Origin: Obrimoposthia wandeli
Taxonomy: Eukaryota
Assembly: GCA_977020255.1 (NCBI GenBank)
Contig: CDROCS010001209.1
Location: forward strand, 124,001 to 188,000
DNA length: 64,000 bases
Direction of reading: 5' to 3'
Shown here: positions 23,574 to 32,813 of the stretch, in pieces
How positions within the stretch are numbered: the stretch's first letter is position 1
Layout of the letters: the number at the start of each line of letters is the position of its first letter
Translations under genes and position numbers: made by a program
Notes under the pieces: generated by a model
Told to the model about the DNA's origin: nothing
The model's database searches: none
Seen by the model: only the letters and a program-made list of their open reading frames with translations

Positions 23574-24734
23574 ATGGAACAATATGATGTCATTGTAGCG
23601 GGTGGAGGAATGGTTGGTGCAGCAACTGCGCTAGGGCTAGCGCAGCAAGGGCTAAGCGTTGCCGTGATTGAAGGTAAAGCGCCTGAACCATTTGATCCCC
23701 AACAAGCGATGGATTTACGTGTTTCAGCTATTTCTCCCAACTCTATCGCATTACTTACACGGCTAGGTGCATGGGATGGCATTATGAAGATGCGCTTATG
23801 CCCTTTTAAGCGATTAGAAACATGGGAGCATCCAGAGTGTCGTACCCGTTTTAATGCTGATGAAATGAATCTTGATCGTCTTGGGTATATTGTTGAAAAT
23901 CGAATTATTCAACTAGGTTTATGGTATCAATTTGATGCATACCAAAATTTAACATTACTTTGCCCAGCACGTATGACACATTCACATTCAACTGAACATG
24001 GTTATTGTGTGGCGCTGGATGATGGCCGCCAGCTTCAGGCTAAATTGTTGATTGGTGCTGATGGGGCTAATTCACGGGTGCGTCAACAAGCTGGTATTGG
24101 TATAACCGCATGGGATTATCGTCAGCACTGCATGTTAATCAATGTTGAAACGGCTTTACCTCAACAAGATATCACGTGGCAAATGTTCACCTCGCGTGGC
24201 CCTCGCTCATTTTTACCGCTTACTGGTCATCAAGGCTCTTTAGTTTGGTATGACAGTCCAAAACGTATTAAGCAATTAAGCGCCATGAATGAAATACAAC
24301 TTCATGGTGAGGTTGAAGCTCACTTTCCGAAAGAGTTGGGTGAGTTCAAAGTATTAAACCACGGTAGCTTCCCGCTAACCCGTCGCCATGCACAGCATTA
24401 CTATAAATCGAATGTTGTGCTGCTTGGTGATGCTGCACATACGATTAACCCGTTAGCAGGGCAGGGGGTTAACCTCGGCTTTAAAGATGTTGATACTCTA
24501 TTGCACGAAATTGAGAAGGCGGGTAAAAAGTGGGCCAATATATCGGTATTAAAAGCTTACGAGCGTCGCCGTCGTCCTGATAATTTATTAATGCAAACGG
24601 GGATGGATATCTTCTATACCGCCTTCAGTAATTCATTATTTCCATTGAAGCTGGCTCGGAATATGGGGCTTAAATTAGCAGAGCATACTGGCCCACTAAA
24701 GAAGCAAGTGTTGAAATATGCGATGGGAATATGA
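23574..24734 (+). CDS. ubiF: FAD-dependent ubiquinone hydroxylase UbiF (start reassigned to MEQYDV)
   Basis: GGGMVG, GADG, GDAAHTINPLAGQGVNLG; same miaB/tRNA neighbourhood as E. coli ubiF. Confidence 0.88.
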   Translation: MEQYDVIVAGGGMVGAATALGLAQQGLSVAVIEGKAPEPFDPQQAMDLRVSAISPNSIALLTRLGAWDGIMKMRLCPFKRLETWEHPECRTRFNADEMNLDRLGYIVENRIIQLGLWYQFDAYQNLTLLCPARMTHSHSTEHGYCVALDDGRQLQAKLLIGADGANSRVRQQAGIGITAWDYRQHCMLINVETALPQQDITWQMFTSRGPRSFLPLTGHQGSLVWYDSPKRIKQLSAMNEIQLHGEVEAHFPKELGEFKVLNHGSFPLTRRHAQHYYKSNVVLLGDAAHTINPLAGQGVNLGFKDVDTLLHEIEKAGKKWANISVLKAYERRRRPDNLLMQTGMDIFYTAFSNSLFPLKLARNMGLKLAEHTGPLKKQVLKYAMGI

Positions 24735-24780
24735 TGGTGTTTGTTGATATTGGCGAGCCGTAGTTATCAGTAAATAAAGA

Positions 24781-24813
24781 AAAAAAGCCGAATGATATTA
24801 AATCATTCGGCTT
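24781..24813 (-). terminator. Intrinsic terminator, probably ending the tRNA operon (may also serve ubiF)
   Basis: aagccgaatgat..atcattcggctt with a U-tract on the minus strand; second weaker hairpin at about 24889-24916. Confidence 0.75.
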
Positions 24814-24940
24814 AACAACCAGAGAGATACGATCATTTTGTAGGTTGTAAAATCTCTATTGCTACAGTATTTATTATACTGCAGACATAAGAAAACCCAC
24901 CAAAAGATGGGTTTCTCATTTCTTTCAGCAGAAAGAATAA

Positions 24941-25025
24941 TGGTGCGGAAGGAGAGACTTGAACTCTCACACCTTGCGGCGCCAGAACCTAAATCTGGTG
25001 CGTCTACCAATTCCGCCACTTCCGC
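24941..25025 (-). tRNA. tRNA-Leu(TAG), type A
   Basis: GCGGAAG..CCAGA-TTTAGGT-TCTGG..CTTCCGC-ACCA, 85 nt. Confidence 0.97.
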
Positions 25026-25108
25026 ATATCTAATTTGCTCTTAACGAGCTTACATCGCTTAACTATAAGTCTTCTTGGTAAGAAGTAATCAAGCCACATA
25101 ATTAAATG

Positions 25109-25183
25109 TGGCAGGGCTACCTGGATTCGAACCAGGGGATGGCGGCATCAAAAGCCGCTGCCTTACCGCTTGGCGATAGCCCT
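25109..25183 (-). tRNA. tRNA-Gln(TTG)
   Basis: AGGGCTA..GCGGC-TTTTGAT-GCCGC..TAGCCCT-GCCA, 75 nt. Confidence 0.97.
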
Positions 25184-25241
25184 ACAGTTGTTCACTTAAG
25201 AACAGTTCTCTATTTAAAGAGAATAATAAGTCTTTAGAGAA

Positions 25242-25326
25242 TGGTGCGGAAAGAGAGACTTGAACTCTCACACCTTGCGGCGCCAGAACCTAAATCTGGT
25301 GCGTCTACCAATTCCGCCATTCCCGC
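25242..25326 (-). tRNA. tRNA-Leu(TAG), type B acceptor stem
   Basis: Acceptor GCGGGAA/TTTCCGC; otherwise as type A. Confidence 0.95.
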
Positions 25327-25442
25327 ATATATCTCATTCGAATAAATCCGATTGAGTGTTCTCTAGAGCTTATTGTACAGATTGAAGAACTGGTAAAGCT
25401 CAATCTGTATTACTGTGATAAATCACAGTCACAAAGTATAAA

Positions 25443-25527
25443 TGGTGCGGAAGGAGAGACTTGAACTCTCACACCTTGCGGCGCCAGAACCTAAATCTGG
25501 TGCGTCTACCAATTCCGCCACTTCCGC
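25443..25527 (-). tRNA. tRNA-Leu(TAG), type A
   Basis: Same sequence as 24941-25025. Confidence 0.97.
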
Positions 25528-25572
25528 GTATTTATACTTTTACCATAAATCGACTCAAAAAGAGAAGAAAAA

Positions 25573-25649
25573 TGGTGGCTACGACGGGATTCGAACCTGT
25601 GACCCCATCATTATGAGTGATGTGCTCTAACCAACTGAGCTACGTAGCC
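25573..25649 (-). tRNA. Elongator tRNA-Met(CAT)
   Basis: GGCTACG..CATCA-CTCATAA-TGATG..CGTAGCC-ACCA, 77 nt. Confidence 0.97.
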
Positions 25650-25715
25650 ATTTATTTATGCCGCTTAACTGTTTAGCTTCTTAAAAAGAAGTTAATCAAG
25701 CCACATAATTAAATG

Positions 25716-25790
25716 TGGCAGGGCTACCTGGATTCGAACCAGGGGATGGCGGCATCAAAAGCCGCTGCCTTACCGCTTGGCGATAGCCCT
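25716..25790 (-). tRNA. tRNA-Gln(TTG)
   Basis: Same sequence as 25109-25183. Confidence 0.97.
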
Positions 25791-25875
25791 ACAATGTTTC
25801 ATCAAAAATCGTTTGTTCAAATGCCATGTTTATTTAAAACAATCGACTTAAGAACAATTCTCTTCGCAAAGAGAA

Positions 25876-25960
25876 TGGTGCGGAAGGAGAGACTTGAACT
25901 CTCACACCTTGCGGCGCCAGAACCTAAATCTGGTGCGTCTACCAATTCCGCCACTTCCGC
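25876..25960 (-). tRNA. tRNA-Leu(TAG), type A
   Basis: Repeat copy. Confidence 0.97.
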
Positions 25961-26043
25961 ATATCTAATTTGCTCTTAACGAGCTTACATCGCTTAACTA
26001 TAAGTCTTCTTGGTAAGAAGTAATCAAGCCACATAATTAAATG

Positions 26044-26118
26044 TGGCAGGGCTACCTGGATTCGAACCAGGGGATGGCGGCATCAAAAGCCGCTGCCTTA
26101 CCGCTTGGCGATAGCCCT
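26044..26118 (-). tRNA. tRNA-Gln(TTG)
   Basis: Repeat copy. Confidence 0.97.
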
Positions 26119-26150
26119 ACAGGTGTATCTTTTAATAAGTCTTTAGAGAA

Positions 26151-26235
26151 TGGTGCGGAAAGAGAGACTTGAACTCTCACACCTTGCGGCGCCAGAACCT
26201 AAATCTGGTGCGTCTACCAATTCCGCCATTCCCGC
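26151..26235 (-). tRNA. tRNA-Leu(TAG), type B
   Basis: GCGGGAA/TTTCCGC acceptor. Confidence 0.95.
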
Positions 26236-26368
26236 ATATTGTCTCATTCGAATAAATCCGATTGAGTATATCTCTAAAGCTTATTGTACAGATCTAAGAA
26301 TTGGTAAAAACTCGAACTGTACATGTGTTAATCACCGAATGATTAACGATTCTTTATTCAAAGAATAA

Positions 26369-26453
26369 TGGTGCGGAAGGAGAGACTTGAACTCTCACAC
26401 CTTGCGGCGCCAGAACCTAAATCTGGTGCGTCTACCAATTCCGCCACTTCCGC
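26369..26453 (-). tRNA. tRNA-Leu(TAG), type A
   Basis: Repeat copy. Confidence 0.97.
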
Positions 26454-26536
26454 ATATCTAATTTGCTCTTAACGAGCTTACATCGCTTAACTATAAGTCT
26501 TCTTGGTAAGAAGTAATCAAGCCACATAATTAAATG

Positions 26537-26611
26537 TGGCAGGGCTACCTGGATTCGAACCAGGGGATGGCGGCATCAAAAGCCGCTGCCTTACCGCTTG
26601 GCGATAGCCCT
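26537..26611 (-). tRNA. tRNA-Gln(TTG)
   Basis: Repeat copy. Confidence 0.97.
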
Positions 26612-26670
26612 ACAGTTGTTCACTTAAGAACAGTTCTCTCGTGAAAGAGAATAATAAGTCTTTAGAGAAA

Positions 26671-26755
26671 TGGTGCGGAAAGAGAGACTTGAACTCTCAC
26701 ACCTTGCGGCGCCAGAACCTAAATCTGGTGCGTCTACCAATTCCGCCATTCCCGC
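26671..26755 (-). tRNA. tRNA-Leu(TAG), type B
   Basis: GCGGGAA/TTTCCGC acceptor. Confidence 0.95.
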
Positions 26756-26871
26756 ATATATCTCATTCGAATAAATCCGATTGAGTGTTCTCTAGAGCTT
26801 ATTGTACAGATTGAAGAACTGGTAAAGCTCAATCTGTATTACTGTGATAAATCACAGTCACAAAGTATAAA

Positions 26872-26956
26872 TGGTGCGGAAGGAGAGACTTGAACTCTCA
26901 CACCTTGCGGCGCCAGAACCTAAATCTGGTGCGTCTACCAATTCCGCCACTTCCGC
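26872..26956 (-). tRNA. tRNA-Leu(TAG), type A
   Basis: Repeat copy. Confidence 0.97.
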
Positions 26957-27001
26957 GTATTTATACTTTTACCATAAATCGACTCAAAAAGAGAAGAGAA
27001 A

Positions 27002-27078
27002 TGGTGGCTACGACGGGATTCGAACCTGTGACCCCATCATTATGAGTGATGTGCTCTAACCAACTGAGCTACGTAGCC
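27002..27078 (-). tRNA. Elongator tRNA-Met(CAT)
   Basis: Repeat copy. Confidence 0.97.
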
Positions 27079-27144
27079 ATTTATTTATGCCGCTTAACTG
27101 TTTAGCTTCTTAAAAAGAAGTTAATCAAGCCACATACTTAAATG

Positions 27145-27219
27145 TGGCAGGGCTACCTGGATTCGAACCAGGGGATGGCGGCATCAAAAGCCGCTGCCTT
27201 ACCGCTTGGCGATAGCCCT
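27145..27219 (-). tRNA. tRNA-Gln(TTG)
   Basis: Repeat copy. Confidence 0.97.
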
Positions 27220-27304
27220 ACAATGTTTCATCAAAAATCGTTTGTTCAAATGCCATGTTTATTTAAAACAATCGACTTAAGAACAGTTCTCTTCGCAAAG
27301 AGAA

Positions 27305-27389
27305 TGGTGCGGAAGGAGAGACTTGAACTCTCACACCTTGCGGCGCCAGAACCTAAATCTGGTGCGTCTACCAATTCCGCCACTTCCGC
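27305..27389 (-). tRNA. tRNA-Leu(TAG), type A
   Basis: Repeat copy. Confidence 0.97.
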
Positions 27390-27437
27390 ATCTGGTAATT
27401 TTACATCTTGCGATGCTTCATCTCAAAAGAGTGAAGA

Positions 27438-27514
27438 TGGTGGCTACGACGGGATTCGAACCTGTGACCCCATCATTATGAGTGATGTGCTCTAACCAAC
27501 TGAGCTACGTAGCC
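27438..27514 (-). tRNA. Elongator tRNA-Met(CAT)
   Basis: Repeat copy. Confidence 0.97.
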
Positions 27515-27581
27515 ATTTTATTTATGCCGCTTAACTATTTGCTACTTAAAAAAGAAAGCAATTAAGCCACATAATTAAATG

Positions 27582-27656
27582 TGGCAGAGCTACCTGGATT
27601 CGAACCAGGGGATGGCGGCATCAAAAGCCGCTGCCTTACCGCTTGGCGATAGCCCT
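27582..27656 (-). tRNA. tRNA-Gln(TTG) variant with C70U (G3:U70 pair)
   Basis: Plus strand reads tggcagAgcta instead of tggcagGgcta at 27588; the spurious ORF translation changes from MWQG to MWQS accordingly. Confidence 0.9.
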
Positions 27657-27741
27657 ACAATGTTTCATCAAAAATCGTTTGTTCAAATGCCATGTTTATT
27701 TAAAACAATCGACTTAAGAACAGTTCTCTTCGCAAAGAGAA

Positions 27742-27826
27742 TGGTGCGGAAGGAGAGACTTGAACTCTCACACCTTGCGGCGCCAGAACCTAAATCTGGT
27801 GCGTCTACCAATTCCGCCACTTCCGC
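27742..27826 (-). tRNA. tRNA-Leu(TAG), type A
   Basis: Repeat copy. Confidence 0.97.
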
Positions 27827-27873
27827 ATCTGGTAATTTTACATCTTGCGATGCTTCATCTCAAAGAGTGAAGA

Positions 27874-27950
27874 TGGTGGCTACGACGGGATTCGAACCTG
27901 TGACCCCATCATTATGAGTGATGTGCTCTAACCAACTGAGCTACGTAGCC
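27874..27950 (-). tRNA. Elongator tRNA-Met(CAT)
   Basis: Repeat copy. Confidence 0.97.
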
Positions 27951-28017
27951 ATTTTATTTATGTCGCTTAACTATTTGCTACTTAAAAAAGAAAGCAATTA
28001 AGCCACATAATTAAATG

Positions 28018-28092
28018 TGGCAGGGCTACCTGGATTCGAACCAGGGGATGGCGGCATCAAAAGCCGCTGCCTTACCGCTTGGCGATAGCCCT
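28018..28092 (-). tRNA. tRNA-Gln(TTG)
   Basis: Repeat copy. Confidence 0.97.
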
Positions 28093-28176
28093 ACAGTGTT
28101 TCATCAAAAACCGTTTGTTCAAAGCCCTGTTTATTTAAAACAAGTCATTTAAGAACAGTTCTCTTCGCAAAGAGAA

Positions 28177-28261
28177 TGGTGCGGAAGGAGAGACTTGAAC
28201 TCTCACACCTTGCGGCGCCAGAACCTAAATCTGGTGCGTCTACCAATTCCGCCACTTCCGC
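28177..28261 (-). tRNA. tRNA-Leu(TAG), type A
   Basis: Repeat copy. Confidence 0.97.
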
Positions 28262-28309
28262 ATCTGGTAATTTTACATCTTGCGATGCTTCATCTCAAAA
28301 GAGTGAAGA

Positions 28310-28386
28310 TGGTGGCTACGACGGGATTCGAACCTGTGACCCCATCATTATGAGTGATGTGCTCTAACCAACTGAGCTACGTAGCC
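28310..28386 (-). tRNA. Elongator tRNA-Met(CAT), first gene of the operon
   Basis: Repeat copy; directly downstream of the promoter. Confidence 0.97.
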
Positions 28387-28437
28387 ATGTTTCTTGTTCT
28401 TTTTGATCATGCTCACGAGTGAACACTGTCTTGGGAA

Positions 28438-28474
28438 CGGGGCGCATTATGCTCATACCAGCAAAAACCGTCAA
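28438..28474 (-). promoter_or_regulatory. Sigma70 stable-RNA promoter of the Met/Leu/Gln tRNA operon
   Basis: Minus strand: TTGACG (28474-28469), 17-bp spacer, CATAAT (28451-28446), GC-rich discriminator GCGCCCC. Confidence 0.85.
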
Positions 28475-28620
28475 CAGTTTTTTTTAATATCTACCTAAAA
28501 TTCGTTTGTTCGATTGTTATTTGGGCGAAATGGGCGAATGGCAAACTGAAAACCAATTTTTCATCCAAGATCGTTCAAACGCGAGGGACTACTGATTATC
28601 ATATTATTTATCGAGCGATA

Positions 28621-28650
28621 AAAAATAAGCTAGCATTTCTGCTAGCTTAT
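28621..28650 (-). terminator. Intrinsic terminator after ychF
   Basis: ataagctagca..tgctagcttat followed by a U-tract on the minus strand. Confidence 0.8.
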
Positions 28651-28691
28651 AGTGTTAGAGCGATAAAAGCTGATATTTGTCAGTAATTATC

Positions 28692-29783
28692 TTAAACGTT
28701 GAAGCGGAAGTGAACGACATCGCCATCTTTAACAATGTAATCTTTACCTTCTAGACGCCATTTACCTGCATCTTTAGCGCCGCTTTCGCCTTTGAATTCG
28801 ATGAACGAATCGTATCCAATAACTTCAGCACGAATGAAGCCTTTCTCAAAATCAGTGTGGATCTTACCTGCTGCTTGTGGTGCTGTTGCACCAACAGGGA
28901 TTGTCCATGCGCGAACTTCTTTTACGCCTGCAGTGAAATATGTTTGCAGAGTGAGTAGCTCATAACCAGAACGAATTACGCGGTTTAGGCCCGGTTCTTC
29001 GATACCCATGTCAGCTAGGAATTCTTCGCGATCAGCATCTTCTAGTTCAGCGATTTCAGATTCAATAGCTGCACAGATAGGAACGACAATCGCATTTTCT
29101 TTCGCAGCATATTCAACAACTATGTCTAGGAATGGGTTATTTTCAAAACCATCTTCGCTTACGTTTGCGATATACATTGTTGGTTTTACAGTTAAGAAGT
29201 GTAGGTATTCAATTGCTGCGAGTTCTTCTTTTGATAACTCGATAGAGCGAACCATACCGCCTTCAGTCAATGTTGGCAGCATTTTTTCAAGAACAGCAAT
29301 TTCGTACTTAGCTTCGCTATCGCCGCCTTTCGCTCTTTTAGCTTGACGGAAAATAGCACGCTCACAAGTATCAAGATCAGCCAGCGCTAGCTCAAGGTTG
29401 ATAACTTCGATATCTTCAAGAGGGTTAATCTTTCCTGCTACGTGAACAATGTTGTCATCTTCAAAACAACGCACAACGTGACCAATCGCATCAGTTTCAC
29501 GAATGTTAGCAAGGAACTTGTTACCAAGACCTTCGCCTTTCGATGCGCCAGCAACTAGACCTGCAATATCAACAAATTCCATTGTTGTTGGCAGAATACG
29601 CTCTGGATTAACAATTTCTGCTAATGCAGCCAAACGCAGATCTGGCACAGGTACAACGCCGGTGTTTGGCTCGATCGTACAGAACGGGAAGTTTGCTGCT
29701 TCGATACCAGCTTTAGTTAAGGCGTTGAATAGTGTGGACTTACCAACGTTTGGTAGACCAACGATACCGCATTTAAAACCCAT
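28692..29783 (-). CDS. ychF: Ribosome-binding ATPase YchF
   Basis: [33 protein letters not shown]; 363 aa. Confidence 0.98.
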   Translation of the reverse strand: MGFKCGIVGLPNVGKSTLFNALTKAGIEAANFPFCTIEPNTGVVPVPDLRLAALAEIVNPERILPTTMEFVDIAGLVAGASKGEGLGNKFLANIRETDAIGHVVRCFEDDNIVHVAGKINPLEDIEVINLELALADLDTCERAIFRQAKRAKGGDSEAKYEIAVLEKMLPTLTEGGMVRSIELSKEELAAIEYLHFLTVKPTMYIANVSEDGFENNPFLDIVVEYAAKENAIVVPICAAIESEIAELEDADREEFLADMGIEEPGLNRVIRSGYELLTLQTYFTAGVKEVRAWTIPVGATAPQAAGKIHTDFEKGFIRAEVIGYDSFIEFKGESGAKDAGKWRLEGKDYIVKDGDVVHFRFNV

Positions 29784-29886
29784 GGCTTGAAACCCTTTTG
29801 GTGATTATCTTCGTAACGATTTATCTCGTTGTATTCTATTGAAGTAACAGCAAGTGAATCGTTATTTAAAAAAGTAGAGATTACAT

Positions 29887-30477
29887 TTATTCAGCTTTGA
29901 ATGAATGTAGTCTGTTTTGTGCTTTACTCAGTCCATCTTTTAACAAGATATCCATGCAGCGTACTGCTTCATCAACAGCGGCATCAATACATTCTTGTTC
30001 TTTGACTGGTGCTTTGCCTAATACAAAGTTAGCAACTTTGTTTTTATCGCCTGGATGCCCAATACCAACACGCAAGCGATAGAATTCTTTGTTGTTACCC
30101 ATCTTGCTAATGGTGTCACGCAAACCGTTATGCCCCCCATGCCCGCCGCCTTTTTTAAACTTAGCAACGCCTGGTGGCAAATCGAGTTCATCGTGAGCAA
30201 TAAGGATTTCTTCCGGTTTGATTTGGAAAAAATTCGCTAAAGCTGCGACCGATTTACCGGATAGGTTCATGTATGTTGTTGGGATCAACAAGCGAAGATC
30301 CTGTCCATTTGTTGTGATTCTGCCAGTTACACCGAAGTACTTTGATTCTTCTCGTAGACTAACATTGTGTACTCGAGCCAGTTCTTGTACTACCCATGCT
30401 CCCGCGTTATGGCGGGTTTTAGCATACTCGGCACCGGGATTTGCCAGGCCAACTAATAGACGAATATTATTACTCAC
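29887..30477 (-). CDS. pth: Peptidyl-tRNA hydrolase
   Basis: GLANPG, TRHNAG, HDELD, GGHNG. Confidence 0.98.
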   Translation of the reverse strand: MSNNIRLLVGLANPGAEYAKTRHNAGAWVVQELARVHNVSLREESKYFGVTGRITTNGQDLRLLIPTTYMNLSGKSVAALANFFQIKPEEILIAHDELDLPPGVAKFKKGGGHGGHNGLRDTISKMGNNKEFYRLRVGIGHPGDKNKVANFVLGKAPVKEQECIDAAVDEAVRCMDILLKDGLSKAQNRLHSFKAE

Positions 30478-30610
30478 GCTTGTCTCTCAAGTCTTAGGGG
30501 CTTAAAACGCGCGTATGTTATACCAAACAGACCAAGATTGATATGTCAGGACGAAAAACGCCCCGCATGATGCGAGGCACTTTTATAACGCAAGGTAAAT
30601 TGTTTTGTAA

Positions 30611-32623
30611 TTACTCTATGCGGTTCAGCGTTACTGTTTCGTAGCTGATTGGTGTTAAAGTCTGCTGTTTAGCTGCAATATAGTCGATCACTGCTTGAGC
30701 ATCGGTATTACATACGATGTCTTTAGTCTCGTCTTTACAGTCTAGAACTTCACCTTCGTACTTGACTATCGTCTTGTTATTTGAATCTTTTTCTAAATGG
30801 CTAACAGGGAATGCTGTGAGTTTTCCGTCGACAAAGGCAAGATCAACTCGGCCAGAATCGCTTGTTTGTGCGTCATATAGCGCTGTCCAACCGTCATTGC
30901 CTGATGCGTTATAGCTGTTCATTGACACGTTATAAGTCGTTGAGTCATCTAACGCCACCCATACTGGCACTTCAAGTGTGCCAGTATTGATATCTACAGA
31001 ATCTAATGTGCCGGCTGTGCCAGCTACGGTTTCGGTGAAGGTGTAGCGTAGATTACCACCGTATGGGAATTTACCAGCGTGAGCGCCTTCTGGCAGTGTT
31101 GCTTCAATCGTGCTAGCAATAAGATCTTTAATCACAGAGCCTTCAACTGGTAGCACTGAGATGAAGTTCGAGAAAGGCAGAAGTTCGAGAGATACATTAC
31201 CTTCGCGATATTCACCGGCAGGAATATTGGTACGAATACCACCAGCACCCACTAACGAGAAATCAGCCTTGAGACCAGATACCGCTTCAACTTCAGAGGT
31301 CGCTGCCCAGTAGTATTGGCCTGCTGCTATAATTGGTGCCACGTCTGAACCATGTGCGTCAGTACTGTTATCCCCTGGGCGACGTTCATGATTGATTTCG
31401 TTTGGAACTGCAGAGATAACCTTACCGTAGGCAGCGTCAACTGCTGGTTTGTATTTGGTATCAATGTGAGCGCGTAATTTAGCTTCTTCTTCTGTAACGA
31501 CGATATTATCCTGGCCCTCAATGAAGCTAACAACGCTTGCCGTTTCTTGGTCTGTAAATTTGCTTCCTGCACTTCGAGCGGCATCATCATAGAATTCATC
31601 GTTAGTCAGTAAGGTGTTGTTGCCGCCACAGCGCGTGATATCACCTTCAGCATCAAATGATACTTCAGTTTTACCAATCGCTTGTGCGTACTCACCAGCC
31701 TGAACAACACATGTTAGACCTTTGCCGTCAGGGTTGGTTACCATTTTAGCGTAGGTCCCGTTGTTAGATAGACCTAGGTTAGTGAAGTCACCTAATAAGG
31801 TGTGCGAGTGACCGCCTACTATCAAATCGATACCGTTTACTTTAGACGCCACGTCTAAATCAACGGCATTACCGATGTGCGTAACAGCAATAACTTTGTT
31901 AATTCCCTTAGCTTTTAACATATCAACGGTTGATTGAGCTGATTCAACCATATCTTTAAATTCAACATCACCTGTATTGGGTGCAATATTTGGCATGTCG
32001 TCCAATACTAAACCGAAGATGGCCGCTATTTGCTTGCCTTCTGGTAGGTTGTCTAGATCGGCAACTAATTCTTTCTCATTGCCATTAAATGCATAAACAA
32101 CGTATGGCTTTAAATTGGTTTGATCTTTCAGATCTGCATCTTTGCTTGTGTCGATGTTTGCCGCAAGAACAGGGAAATTAATTGAGCCAATAAAACTGTT
32201 TAGTTTTTCATTATCAAGATCAAATTCATGGTTACCTAAAGCCATGGCATCTAGACCCATTTGGCTTAGAATATCGGCATTCATTTTGCCATCATTAAGC
32301 TTGAAATATGCGCTGCCTTGCCATGCATCACCACCATGAAGGAACAGAATGCTGTCGTCGTTAGTTTTGGCTTCTTCTTTGTAGGCGTTGGCTTTAGTCA
32401 GTAAACGAGGGTGGCCACCAAATTCGTTGTACACGGTAGTTTTTGCAACTTTAAAACTGGATTTGACTGCGTCAAAGCTAGAGTGAGTATCGTTAACATG
32501 TGCAATTGTTAAATCGAATGGTGTTGCTGGCTGTGTTTTATCGGTGGTTGAGTTACTGTCTGAGTTACAGCCAGCAAGCGCTAAGCCGATTGATAAAACA
32601 ATTAATGGTTTCGAAAAGTTCAT
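30611..32623 (-). CDS. Lipoprotein 5'-nucleotidase/metallophosphoesterase
   Basis: Lipobox LAGC; HVNDTHS, GDAWQG, GNHEFD, VTHIG, GGHSH; C-terminal 5'-NT domain. Confidence 0.88.
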   Translation of the reverse strand: MNFSKPLIVLSIGLALAGCNSDSNSTTDKTQPATPFDLTIAHVNDTHSSFDAVKSSFKVAKTTVYNEFGGHPRLLTKANAYKEEAKTNDDSILFLHGGDAWQGSAYFKLNDGKMNADILSQMGLDAMALGNHEFDLDNEKLNSFIGSINFPVLAANIDTSKDADLKDQTNLKPYVVYAFNGNEKELVADLDNLPEGKQIAAIFGLVLDDMPNIAPNTGDVEFKDMVESAQSTVDMLKAKGINKVIAVTHIGNAVDLDVASKVNGIDLIVGGHSHTLLGDFTNLGLSNNGTYAKMVTNPDGKGLTCVVQAGEYAQAIGKTEVSFDAEGDITRCGGNNTLLTNDEFYDDAARSAGSKFTDQETASVVSFIEGQDNIVVTEEEAKLRAHIDTKYKPAVDAAYGKVISAVPNEINHERRPGDNSTDAHGSDVAPIIAAGQYYWAATSEVEAVSGLKADFSLVGAGGIRTNIPAGEYREGNVSLELLPFSNFISVLPVEGSVIKDLIASTIEATLPEGAHAGKFPYGGNLRYTFTETVAGTAGTLDSVDINTGTLEVPVWVALDDSTTYNVSMNSYNASGNDGWTALYDAQTSDSGRVDLAFVDGKLTAFPVSHLEKDSNNKTIVKYEGEVLDCKDETKDIVCNTDAQAVIDYIAAKQQTLTPISYETVTLNRIE

Positions 32624-32813
32624 CCTTTGCCCCTTATTATTAGATGTATGTCACGCAGGATGTGCAATATATATAAGGAGCTACCTTGTTAATGTGATCG
32701 ATGTTGGAGCTATAGCTCTAATGTTTTAAGCTAAGTGTATTTTTGAGGGCTTAGTAGGAAAATAAACATATTTCGTATTAACTTGGTTTGATTGGTTTTT
32801 TTTAAAGGTAAAT

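Noticed and set aside
23441-23782. 113-aa minus-strand ORF and the 34-aa N-terminal extension of UbiF
   Set aside because: The ORF is antisense to ubiF, and the FAD-binding fold begins at MEQYDV.
25109-25183. A1-U72 first pair in tRNA-Gln instead of the E. coli U1-A72
   Set aside because: It is present in all seven copies and is still a weak terminal pair of the kind GlnRS tolerates; treated as normal variation.
25415-25428. TGTGA..TCACA in a tRNA spacer as a CRP site
   Set aside because: The spacer is 4 bp (TGTGA-TAAA-TCACA) rather than the required 6 bp; better explained as an RNA hairpin.
24798-28367. Short ORFs such as MVRKERLELSH.. and MWQGYLDSNQG..
   Set aside because: They are translations of tRNA-Leu, tRNA-Gln and tRNA-Met genes, mostly of their reverse complements.
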